Shown here one piece after another: positions 17,201 to 29,200 of a DNA stretch of 41,123 nucleotides. The notes under the pieces were generated by a model. It was given only the letters and a program-made list of their open reading frames with translations. It was not told where the DNA came from and did no database searches. Position numbers and translations under genes: made by a program. Source of the stretch: Candidatus Parcubacteria bacterium (GTDB lineage: Bacteria > Patescibacteriota > Patescibacteriia > Patescibacteriales > UBA12075); NCBI GenBank assembly GCA_023137275.1, contig JAGLPO010000034.1, positions 1-41,123 on the forward strand, given 5' to 3'. How positions within the stretch are numbered: the stretch's first letter is position 1; the number at the start of each line of letters is the position of its first letter.

Positions 17201-20200
17201 GATCATTAGAATGAATTATTATAAGGATTGGTCCTGTTCCGGTTCAAGCGCCGCCGGAGCGATTAACACGGCTCCGGCAGTAATTAATTCCACCAGCCTT
17301 CAGCTTAGTTCGCCCGGAGACGTGGTAGCGCTTTATTACGGGGCTTTTTCTTCTACTGATATTGGTTCCGGCGTTTCGGCCCGGGCTCGTTTTGACTCAA
17401 CGGTCCAGTACCAAATTACCGAGGATGACCCGAATAACGGGCCGGGCCGGATCCATGTCTGGAATACGACTGATGTCCACCCCACTTTGTGGTTTGACGA
17501 AATTACCGTAAGCGATACTGACTCCCATACTTATGATTTTTCTTATGAGCGCCAATCCGTTATTGGCGCCAGCTACGAGCAGTCTTTGATATGCGTTTGG
17601 GGCAAAGCGCCGGCCGAGGATGTATCAGTCAGCGCCACCGGCACCCAGATATTTTCTATTTTAATACCCACCAGCAACGTGGAAATGAACGCTAAATTCG
17701 TGCTTACGGACAACACCGGCTCGCATAATATAAACAGCATTATTATTACGGAAAACGGCACAATAGATGCCGGAGAGTATTTGGAAAATGTCCGCCTTTA
17801 TTATGAATTAGACACAACAGCGCCGTATGATTGCGCCGGAGAATCTTATGGCGGCAGTGAAGAGCAATATGGAGCGACTTCAACAGGCGGCTTTAGCAGC
17901 GCCAACGGAACAGCTGTTTTTAGCGAAACCGTTGGCATTAGCACCACGTCCACAATGTGCGTATATACTGTTTTAGACGTAATTGTTGGAGCGGCTGACA
18001 ACAGTACTTTGGAAATTAAGATTGATGATCCGGTTAATGAAGTTGATATTAATATTGGCATAGTCGGACCATCAACGGGCGTGGACCTTCCAGGCACTAC
18101 TCAGCTTACAGCGCCGGCAGTTACTGCAATAGTTGATGAACAGCGTAAAAGCGATAATTCCACGCTTATTTCCAACACCAATTGGACTGATGAAAATGAA
18201 GTTTATTTATCAGCTTTTGCCTATAGTTCAATTTCAGCCACTACTTCGGAGTTTGATTATTATTTTGAACTGCTTACCGAGAACGGGACTTATACCACTG
18301 CCACCACTGTTCCGGCCGGCCCCTGTGTCAGCGGCACGGCTTATGGTAGCTGCGGCAGCAATATATGGACCGGAATTGCCAGCGCGACCTCCTGGTACGA
18401 CACTAACTGGGTTTACCGCAAAAAGATCACGATTTTTGCTTCCCAGGTTGTTGCCACGGCTGATGACTTTGTGGTTTTGGCCACTACTACTGACGCGAAT
18501 CTGGCTTACACTTCAAATGGCGGCCATATGGCCTCTTCCTCCGGAGCCGATATGTTGATAGCTGATGCCTTTGGCAACAAACTTGATTATGAGCGGGAGT
18601 ATTATAGTTCATCAACCGGCGAGATCGCTATATGGATTCAGCTTGATATTTCCTCAACAACCAATCAGGAAATATATTTATATTACGGTAATTCCACGGT
18701 TAGCAAAGACCAGGCCACCACTACCGGGGTTTGGGACAGCAGCTACAAGGCGGTCTGGCATTTGGCCGAAAGCGGAACAGGAGCGGCCGGAGAATATCTT
18801 GATTCCACTGTTAACAGCTACCATGGCCAGGGCGGAACCAGTGTTGGCGGTGATAATTGCGACCCGCCAACCCGGGTTAGCGGTTTAGCCGGATACGGGC
18901 AAAGCTTTGACGGGGATTCGGATAACTTTGGCCTTACACCGGATGTTGGCCTGGACGTATTTGGCAGTGATTTTACTCTTGAAGCCTGGACGCTTCTGGA
19001 CACGACTGATAATGGCGTTATATTGGACGCATTGCCAGGGCCCAATACCCGCCTTAATTTTTCGCATGATGGGGCTGACGGCTGGACATATAACAGCCGT
19101 TCCGGAACAATAGCCACTTATATTGTTGAATCAGCCAACACCACCGATATTAACGAGTATCATCATATTGTTTATACCAGATCCGGCAATGATTATATTG
19201 TTTATTTGGATGGAGCAGTATTGGCAACCAACACAAACGCAATTGCTCCTCCGGCTGACAGTGACTGGTCATTCGGGCATCGGCGGGAGAGCCGTATGAG
19301 TTTGACCGGGGATTTGGATGAAATACGGGTTTTAAGCGTGGCTCGGACACAGGAGTGGATCCAGACCGAATTTAACAATCAATCAAATGTAAACAGTTTT
19401 ATGAGTTTTGGCAATGAGGAGTCTTCCGGAATCGCGCTTACTGCCGGCGAAGCAAATATAAGCGGCATACCGGATAGGGGCACGGTGGCCGGACAGGGTT
19501 ATAAGTGGCAGGTATTAGCTTGCAATGATAATGATTATTGTTCAAATTGGGCGCGATTTAACTCTACATTGCCGAATTTCAAAGTTGATGATACTTCGCC
19601 AACCGCTCCGGGAAATTTAGTTCTTGCTACCACGACCGCGACCACTATCCGATTAGATTTCGGTTCCCAGAGTTCGGATGATAATTTTGACCGCTACCGT
19701 ATGTTTTATAAAGTGGGTATTTCGGAAGTAAGCCAAAACGATATTGAGCACAATGACAGTAATTTACTTTCAGCTGATTATAGTTCAGCCACTTCAACCC
19801 TGATAACCAATTTGGATTCGGCCACTACTTATGTTATTAATATCTGGGCCTATGATGACGCGGGAAATTATACCAGCGCATCGGAAATTGTTGTTACCAC
19901 TGCCTCGGCGCCGCATGCCAGAGCGCGCAGTGTTCAATTTTTGGCCGGCAATTATAGCGCCAACGGCTCATCCGGGCAGCTGTCCAACACTAATCAAACT
20001 TTTAACGCCTTTGCTCTTGAACTGGCCGAAACCGAGGCGCAGATCAGGAATGCCTATCTTATTTTTGAGACTCAGTTTGAGGCGTACCATGTTAATTCAG
20101 GCGATTATATCGGCTATGAACTGGCCTTTGATGTTTGCGAAGAACCGTGTTCGGCCGACGCCTTTTTTGGAACAGGCCGGATCTTGACAGATGATAACAC

Positions 20201-23200
20201 GGCTTTGGTTTATAATGAAGCCGGCGGCAATCAGGCGCGGATTCTAATGGATGTGACGAGCGAAGCTGAATTATTCGCCTATAAAGGCGATGGAGCTGAT
20301 CTGGAAGCTCAGATAGGCTATCGTTTGGAAACTGACACGGCAACCACGTCAATTGCCGGCGCCAAAGCGATATTGGTTGTGACTTATTCTTTTAATGATG
20401 ATAATTCCAGCAACTATACCAATACCGTGATCTATCCTTTGGAATCAACCGCTTCGGGTGATAGCGGCACCAGGCGGGCCAGCACAACGGACAACTGCAT
20501 TAAAACCCCGGATGGCTCGGCCAATTGCCCGATTTTTAATTATAATATGAATATCCCGGAATTTAACGCTAAGCTTTCGCAGTGGTTTGAGATCTTTGGC
20601 GTTAACGACCTGCATGGAGCTAATGATGTATTGGCTAATGTTAATATTGAGGGCGTTAATATTAATAGCAATTCATTTTATCATGAAGCCGCCAATAACG
20701 GGGAGCAAAGCAATTTGCCGCGGCTAATTTTTAATAATGTGTCCGGTTTTTCCGAAAGCACGGCCCAGGCTTTGGAGGCTTATTTTTTTGGCCAAGGCAG
20801 CGGACGATACTATCTTTTGGGCGGGGAAGTGATAGAAACCTATACGGCCGCTAAATCAGCCGGCACAAAAACCAGAACTGTTAGTTTCCCTATAGGAGCG
20901 CTTACCAACGGCCAGAGCATGTCCACGGCCAGCAGTTCCGTTGATGTGTATTTTCCGGAGAACGGATCCGGCGTTGGAGTGGTAAATATTGAAAAAGCCT
21001 GGCTGCGAATAGTGAGCAACAATTACAATAGCGGCGACCGCACTTTAACTGTTTCTTCAAAAGTCGGAGACAATACCCAATCATCAAATTATATTTACGA
21101 TCTAAACACCGGCACTGACGTAATAAATCCGGTTTATCGCGTGGTTCATATAATCCCAGGCGGGGATTATAGCGAACTGGAAAGCGCGAATGCCGCCAGC
21201 CCCAAGGCGGTTACGGCATATACCACTAATAGCTCGCTGGAACAAGGCGGCGTATCAGTTGAGCTGATGATCACCTATACTTACACGGATGAATCAAGCG
21301 GCTATTTGTCAGCATTAAGCTTGTATGGCGGGCAATCTGATGTTAACGGCAATTCGCAAAACGATATTGAAACAATAGCTAATTTGGTTTTTCCCGAGCT
21401 TCGGGGAGATGAGACCATAAGGGCGGCCGGCCTTACAACCAGTTATTTATTCAGTGATAGCGACGGTGATATGCCCGGTGTTTGGTTTTCCCTGGGTTCT
21501 AATATCGCTACCTCCAGTCCGATTTGCACCAGCACTTATTATCATAGAAGCGATGGTATTAACAGTTTTGGCGAAATGATAGAAAACGTAAGCTCTGTTC
21601 TAAGCGCGAATGACAATGAATCATATTCTGCCTGTTATTCAAACGCTAACGGATCATCCCTGACAGCCGGAGCAAAGATGAACGCGATCCTTAATTATGT
21701 ATATCAATGGGACGCTCCGCCGCCGGTATTGACCCAGAATGACTGGCGCTGGTATGAAGAAGAGGATGGAGTTACCCCGGACACTCCGCTGGCTGATGAA
21801 AATGCGGTGATCTCCAATGTTAACATCGGTGATAACGCGCGTTTGCGCATGAATATCGGCGTATCAAGCGATAATATGGCGACCTCCACTCAAACTTTTA
21901 AGCTGCAGTATGCCACTACAAGCGATTGTACATCAGCTAGCGAATGGACCGATGTTGGCGGCTTAGCCGGTAATTTACCCTGGCGCGGATATAATAATCC
22001 GGATCCGATTGACGGCGCAACGCTTGATTCAGTGTTATTATCATCTTCCACGCGCTCGGAATCTTATGAAGAAGAAAATCCCTCGGCCGGCAACCCCAGG
22101 GGCGTGGTTGTCGGCGGTTTTGGCGAGTGGGATTGGACACTTTATAATAATAGCGCCACTTCAAGCCAGTCTTATTGTTTTCGCATGGTGTTTAGCGACG
22201 GAACAGCGTTAAATGATTATTTATCCGACTCATACCCCAAGCTTACTACGGCGCCGGACAATTCTTCGTCCGAAGACCCGGATTCGCTTGGCCAATACCG
22301 GAACGATGATCAAAGCGTGATAAGCAATTCCGGATGGATAAATACAGACACAATTGATTTGAACGCGAAAGCGACTGATCCGAATTTAAACGAGATTATT
22401 ACTCTTTATTTTGAAATAGCTTCTACGTCCGATTCTTTTACAACCGCCACTTCGGCGCCGAGCCAGGCTTGTTTAAGCGGAACCAACTGGAATTCCTGCT
22501 TAAGCAAGGTTTGGGCCGCTTCTTCCACTGCCGGGGATTACCGCACGGTTCCTTTTTCCGGCACTACGACCATTGCCGGCTTGCCTGATTATGCCGTCGG
22601 GTATAAATGGCAGGTCCTGGCTTGCGACGATAGCGGAGAATGTTCCGACTGGGTTAAGTACAATTTAACAACACCGAACTTTAAGGTTGACACTGTTGCT
22701 CCGGATGCTCCGGGCAATATGATTTTTGCCACTTCCACTCCAACCAGCATAACTTTGGCCTTGGGCGCTTCCACTACGGAAGATAATTTTTACCGTTACC
22801 AAGTATTTTATCGGGCCGGTATTTTTGGGGTAAATGAAAATGACGATGAACATGCTGATAATAATTTTAATTTTCAGGATTATAACAGCGCTACTTCAAC
22901 CTTGGTTATTAATCTTTCGGCCAACACGGAATATGTATTTAATATCTGGGCCTATGATTTGGCCGGGAATTCAGCCAGCGCTACGGTAGAGGTGGTGGGA
23001 ACCACTACCTCGGCCTTTAATCCGCCAACCGGTTTTATTTCTTCGGTTGACCAAAGAACTGACGGTTCCGGCATAGTTGACGTAATTATTTTGGTTAATG
23101 ATCCGGACAACGATGATCAGGTTAGAGCCAGAATTATGTACGTATCAGGTGGTAGTTGTGATCTTACCGCTCCGCTTGACCCCAGCCTGGACGAAACAGG

Positions 23201-26200
23201 CGCGAATATTTGGGCCACTTACGGCGACCCGGATATTGATAATGACCACTATTATCAAGTCGGCACCTCAACTAGCTGGATCATAACCTCGCCGGGCCAA
23301 AATTATGTTTTCTTTGATTGGCAAGCGTATTTGGATGAGCCGGATGCTAACGGTGATTATTGTCTGGGCTTGGTGGTTAATGACGGCGGGTTTGACCAGG
23401 TCGCTACCCATACTCTTGATTTTACATTAGATAATGTTGATCCGGCGATACCCGGCAATTTAACTTTTGATTCAAAGAGCTATAATAGCGTAACTCTTGA
23501 TTTTAGCACATCCAGTAGTGACACTAATTTTGACCAATACATAATTTATTACAAAAAAGGCATAAGCGGCGTTAGCGAAACTGATACGCCTTTTGATAAA
23601 GATGACGATTCCAATCTTGATTTTGTAAATTACGGTACGGCCGCCACTACCACGATCATTGGCCTTGATCCTGACACTGATTATGTTTTTAATATTTGGG
23701 CCTATGATGTTTATGGCAACGCAACCAGTGCTTTAGTGGAGCTTACAGCAAAAACCAACGCTCAGCCTGTTAATATTTCAGCGGATGAGCAGTACCTGGA
23801 CGACGGTTTTACCGTGATTTCAAACAATACCTGGATTAACGAAAATAATGTAATACTTCAAGCCTCGGCTCATGACCAGGACGCGACTGACTCAATTACT
23901 TTTTACTATGAGGTACTAACCGCAACTGGCACTTTTAGCATTGCTACAAGCGCGCCAGGCGATTATTGCGCTTATTCCACGGCCTATTTGTCGTGCGATA
24001 ACAATATCTGGGGCGTTTCCACCAGCACTTCCAATCTGCCAAGTGATTGGTATAGTGAAGATTGGTTATTTCGTAAAGCAATTACTATAAATTCCAGCCA
24101 GGTCGCTACTAGCGTTGGCGCGATGCCGATTTTGGCCACCACAACCGACGCTGATCTGGCGGCCAGGGCCAGAAGCGATGCGTATGATATATTGTTTACT
24201 GATTCAGACGGCATTACCAAGATCCCTTATGAGCGCGAGTATTATAATTCCGGCACCGGCGAGCTAACGGCCTGGATAAAGACCGCTGTTTCTTCAACAA
24301 CAGACAAAGTGATCTATATGTATTACGGCAACGCGGCCTCAGACACGGATCAGGCAACTACGACCGGGGTCTGGGATATTGGCTACGCAGGCGCCTGGCA
24401 TTTGAGCGAGAATGTAGTGGATGAAAGCTCCTGGGTAAACGCACATTTGGACTCCGGCACTTACGGCAATGACGGCGATCAATATGGCAATAACGAAATG
24501 CCAGGACAAATTTATCGCGGTCAGGAATTTGACGGCATTGATGATTATATTGATATTGGCAATACCAACAATACCATTAACGGGGCGGCTTTCTGGATCA
24601 AGGCTGATTCTCTTACCCAGGATATTATGGACTTTGATAATGGCACGCATACGATCGCGCTAACCAACGGCGTTTTAAGCGCGCCCGGATTTGTCAGCCC
24701 AACATTTTACGTTGACGGGATTGCCACCACCACGCTGGACACGGGCTGGCACCACGTAATAGCCGCAACCGACACCGGATTTAGCGCCAGCGACTTTGAT
24801 ATCGGACGGATTAACACAAGCTATTTTGACGGTTTGATTGATGAGGTTCGTCTTTTAAGCGTTAGCCGCGGCATTGGATGGGCAAGCACGCAAGCCAATA
24901 ACCAGCGTGATGTTGATAGCTTTCTTGGTTTTGGAAGTGAAGAGTTGGCAATTTCTTTTTATGAAACTATGCTGGTAATTACTGTTCCGGATAATCCCGA
25001 CTACGCCAGCGGATATAAATGGCAGGCCATGGCTTGTGATGATGATAATGACTGCACTGTTTGGGATGAGTTTAATTCAACTACGCCGAATTTTAAAATT
25101 GACACTACCTTGCCCGGCGCTCCGGGACAATTAAGCGAAGATTCCAAGACCTCAAATACTATTACCCTGGCCTATGGGGCGGCTGCTAATGAAGATAATT
25201 TTGTTGAATATAAAATATACTATTCAACCACTTCGCCGGTATTTGAGACTGATATTGAACATAATGATTCTGATCTGGGCGATCAATATTACAATAGCGC
25301 CACTGACACAACCGTAACCGGTCTGAATCCGGATACCACTTATTATTTTAATATTTGGGCTTATGATATTGTCGGCCATACAACCAGCTCTACTCCAGTA
25401 TCAATAACTACTAATAATGCCCAATCATCTCCGGGCGCGGCTTTTTACACCAAAAATACCCGGGTGCTTTATTATCGGGTTTGGGATGGAGTAAATTGGG
25501 GAGCGGAACAAGCCGGCCCGACACTGGGCAGCGATGTTGGCGATAATATCCGGCATATCCGAACGCAAAGAAGCGACGATGGCGGCAAAGTAGGCATATT
25601 AATAAAAACCTGGGATGGAACCAATCAGGAATGGTGGGGCGCTGTTTATCGCTACGCGGCTAATGATTTTATCAGCGCATCATCTTTGGGCTCGGCGCAA
25701 TCATCAACTACAAATAATCAGCTTTTAACCGCTTGTATTGCCGCCTTGTCTGACGATGAATTTATAGTTGTACGCAATAATAATGCGTCAGACGGGACTT
25801 TGATATTTTCTTGGAACGGTACGGACGAATGGGTAAACGAAGGAGCCGGACCAAATCCAAGCGCGGTCATGAACGGCTGCGCGCTTGAACGCCGGCCCGG
25901 TACTGACAACTATTTGCTTCTTACCTTTGATGATGATGGCGACACGGGCACGGCCTATTATTACGGCGGTTCAAGCTATACTGACTCATGGACAGTCTGG
26001 AGCCAGCATTCAGGAGACGAGGAAGATATTGATAATTATGTTGGCCAGGCCTTTTTTGACCCAAGCGACAATACCCAGGGCGCGTTCAGCTATTCCAACA
26101 GTACTGTTAATAATTACGCTTATGCCAAGTATTTTCTCTGCGACAACACTTCAATTAATTTTGGCGCTCCGGTTGCCGGCCCTGGCTCAGCTCCGGATGA

Positions 26201-29200
26201 CTGGGGCAATGATTTTGTCCACGGTGAATTCGCGCCTGACCCGACCAGCAGCGGACTGGCTTATTACGCCGGTCGGGATATTGGCGGAGAGTTGAATGTT
26301 TACCAAGTTGACGCGTCTGATTCAAGTATTGGCTGGGCCACCACGACTAATGGCGATAATATCAGCGCCGGCGATCTTTATTCCGAAACAAATGATTCCC
26401 AGAAGCCATTCGCGATTGAATTCTATAAAGGCGGACACGGAGTGGTTGTCGGCCTGAATAATACCGGCGCGTCATTGCCTTATTACAGCACGATCAGTAC
26501 GGCAGGAAGTTCTTTAAGCGCTACTTCTTCGGTTGAGAACGCCACTAACGATGTCTGGACCCGGGTTCGGCTTTATAACGACCCGAATGAAGACGAGCTG
26601 CTGGCAATATTTCAAAATGATAATACTGATTATATCACTGCTTTTTGGGACGGCGGCAATGACCAATTTTACGCGGCCGGAACCCAGGCCTGGACCGAGC
26701 TGGCCACTTCAACCGGAGCGGCTAGTCAGAATGACGAAAATATTTCTTTTGCTTATACCAAGAATAATTCAGCCCCTGATCTGCCAACAGGCCTGGGACA
26801 ATACAAAAATGACGGGCTTACGGATATTGCCAATCAAGCCTGGACCAATGCCAGCACCACGCAATTTGTCGCTTCCATTACGGACGCGGACACCTCTGAA
26901 ATAATAACTTATTATTTGCAGCTTTTGCCAAATAATGACACTTTTGCCACAACCACGGCTGAATTGTCCAATGCCTGCGGCTCAAGCACGCCGTTTAACT
27001 CCTGCAATTCAAAAATTTGGGCAATTGCGTCTTCCACGCCCGGCGATTACAGCACTGAACCGTACACGGCAACCGCCACTATCGGCTATATTCCGGATTC
27101 AACAATCGGCTATAAATGGCAGGTGATTGCCTGCGATGACAGCAGCGCTTGCTCAAGCTGGGCGTTATTTAACGCTACAGCGCCGAATTTTTATGTTGAC
27201 ACAACCGCTCCGACCGCTCCGGGAGAACTTATTGATATCCAGGTAACCGGTAATTCCATAACCCTTCAATTCGGCGCGACCAGCACGGAAACAAATTTTG
27301 ACCGTTATCAGATCCATTACGCGACTAACAGCAGCGTGCAGCTAAGCGATACTGAACACTCTGACAGTGATTTAACCAATAAATTATTTAATTATACAAC
27401 ACAAACAATTGTTAATAACCTGGCCTCCAATACTTTGTACTATTTTAATATTTGGGCGTTTGATTTGGCCGGAAATCGGGCCACTGCCACCCCGGAAATA
27501 TCCACTACCACAAATATTGGCCCGCGCCTCGCGCAAATATCATATCTTTTGGAAAATGATGATGGAGTTAATGTAAATTCCAATACCGCTGATGTTGCTT
27601 CAAACACGCCGCTAAACAATATCAATATCGGGGAGCGAATCAATGCCCGTCTCCAGCTTGAGAACTTTGGCGGAGATATTATGAGCAATAAGGTTTATCA
27701 ATTACAATATGAAAATCAAACCGATGATCCCGGGAACTGGTATAACGTGGGAGCAGCGACCGAGATAAGCCATTCACCCGGACTGTCCGGCGCTGTTAAC
27801 GGCCAGGCCATTACTTTAAGCAAGGCAGCGGCTAATGCCAACCAATGGAATGACGGCACGTGGCACGAAGACACGGGTCAAATCGGTTCTTACTCATTAA
27901 CCGAGCAGTATTATACCGAGTTTGTGTTCGCGATTGAGACCGGTAATGCCGCTACTAACACGGCATATCGGCTTCGCTTATACAATTTGACTGACAGTGA
28001 AGAATTGGAAACTTACACTAATTACGCCGTGATTAACACGATCGTATCGGAAAGTAAACGTTATTCTAAGGAAATAAATGGGAGCTTGCCCACTGATACG
28101 AATGATTTAAATTATTATCTTGACCCGGAAGGATACGCGGATGTGTTCTCTGATGACAATGTAAACCGTGATGAATTAACAAGTTCAGCCAATTACGCGA
28201 TCTACAATTTTGCAACCAAACATACCAACAGTACGGAGGCGGCGTCTTCAACCTGGAACGGCCGGTCCACTATCGCGCCGTTTTCAAATAATGTTGTACT
28301 GCAGGCATATCGCTTTGGCACGACCAATGCCTGGGTAACGCTTGATACGGAAAACGCGGCCGGCGCCGGAGCTGACTTTGATTTAACAGCAACGCTTAAT
28401 TCAAATCTATCTGAATATTATAATGGCGGCAATTGGATATATTGGCGCGTTTATCAAGTGTCCGGTACGCAGACGCTTCGTACTGATTATTTTAATATTA
28501 ATTATTCAGCGCCGATTCCTTATGTAGAACAAATTCATTACCGCTGGCGCAATGACGACGGCACAGAGCTAAACGCGACCTGGCTGGAAGATGAAGATAC
28601 CGGAAATCCGACTTTGGGCAATGCTTTAAGCAAAGGCAGTTCAACTCGTTTGCGTTTCGCAGTGGTTAACACTGGCGGGGGCGAGGCAACAACTTATCAA
28701 TATCAAATAGAATATGCCTCATCTTCTGATGGCTGTTCCACTGATCCCGGCAATTGGGAAACAGTGCCAATAACAGCCACGACCGAACATTTTGAAATGG
28801 CCACTAGCACTTATTTTAATGATGGCGAAGCGACAACAGCCACGACAACAAATTCCGAGAACTATACATTTATCGCCGGTGATATGGTGGCGGATTCATC
28901 AAACACCAGCGGGCAAATATCTTTAAGCGAAGGCAGATACACAGAGCTTGAATATATAATGCTGGTGACCATTAACGCCGATACCGGCGGAACCTATTGT
29001 TTTAGAGTAACTAATAATAGTTCTGTTCTTAATAATTATGATACTTATCCGGTTGTTACCTTGGCGGGTAATACCAATAACGCCCCTGGTTTTGACGCTC
29101 ATCCATCTGATAATAATTCCGCTTCCACTTCGCCGACAAATTATGGCGCTGATATAAGCTTTACCGCCACGGCCTCGGATGATGAACATAGTTATTATTT

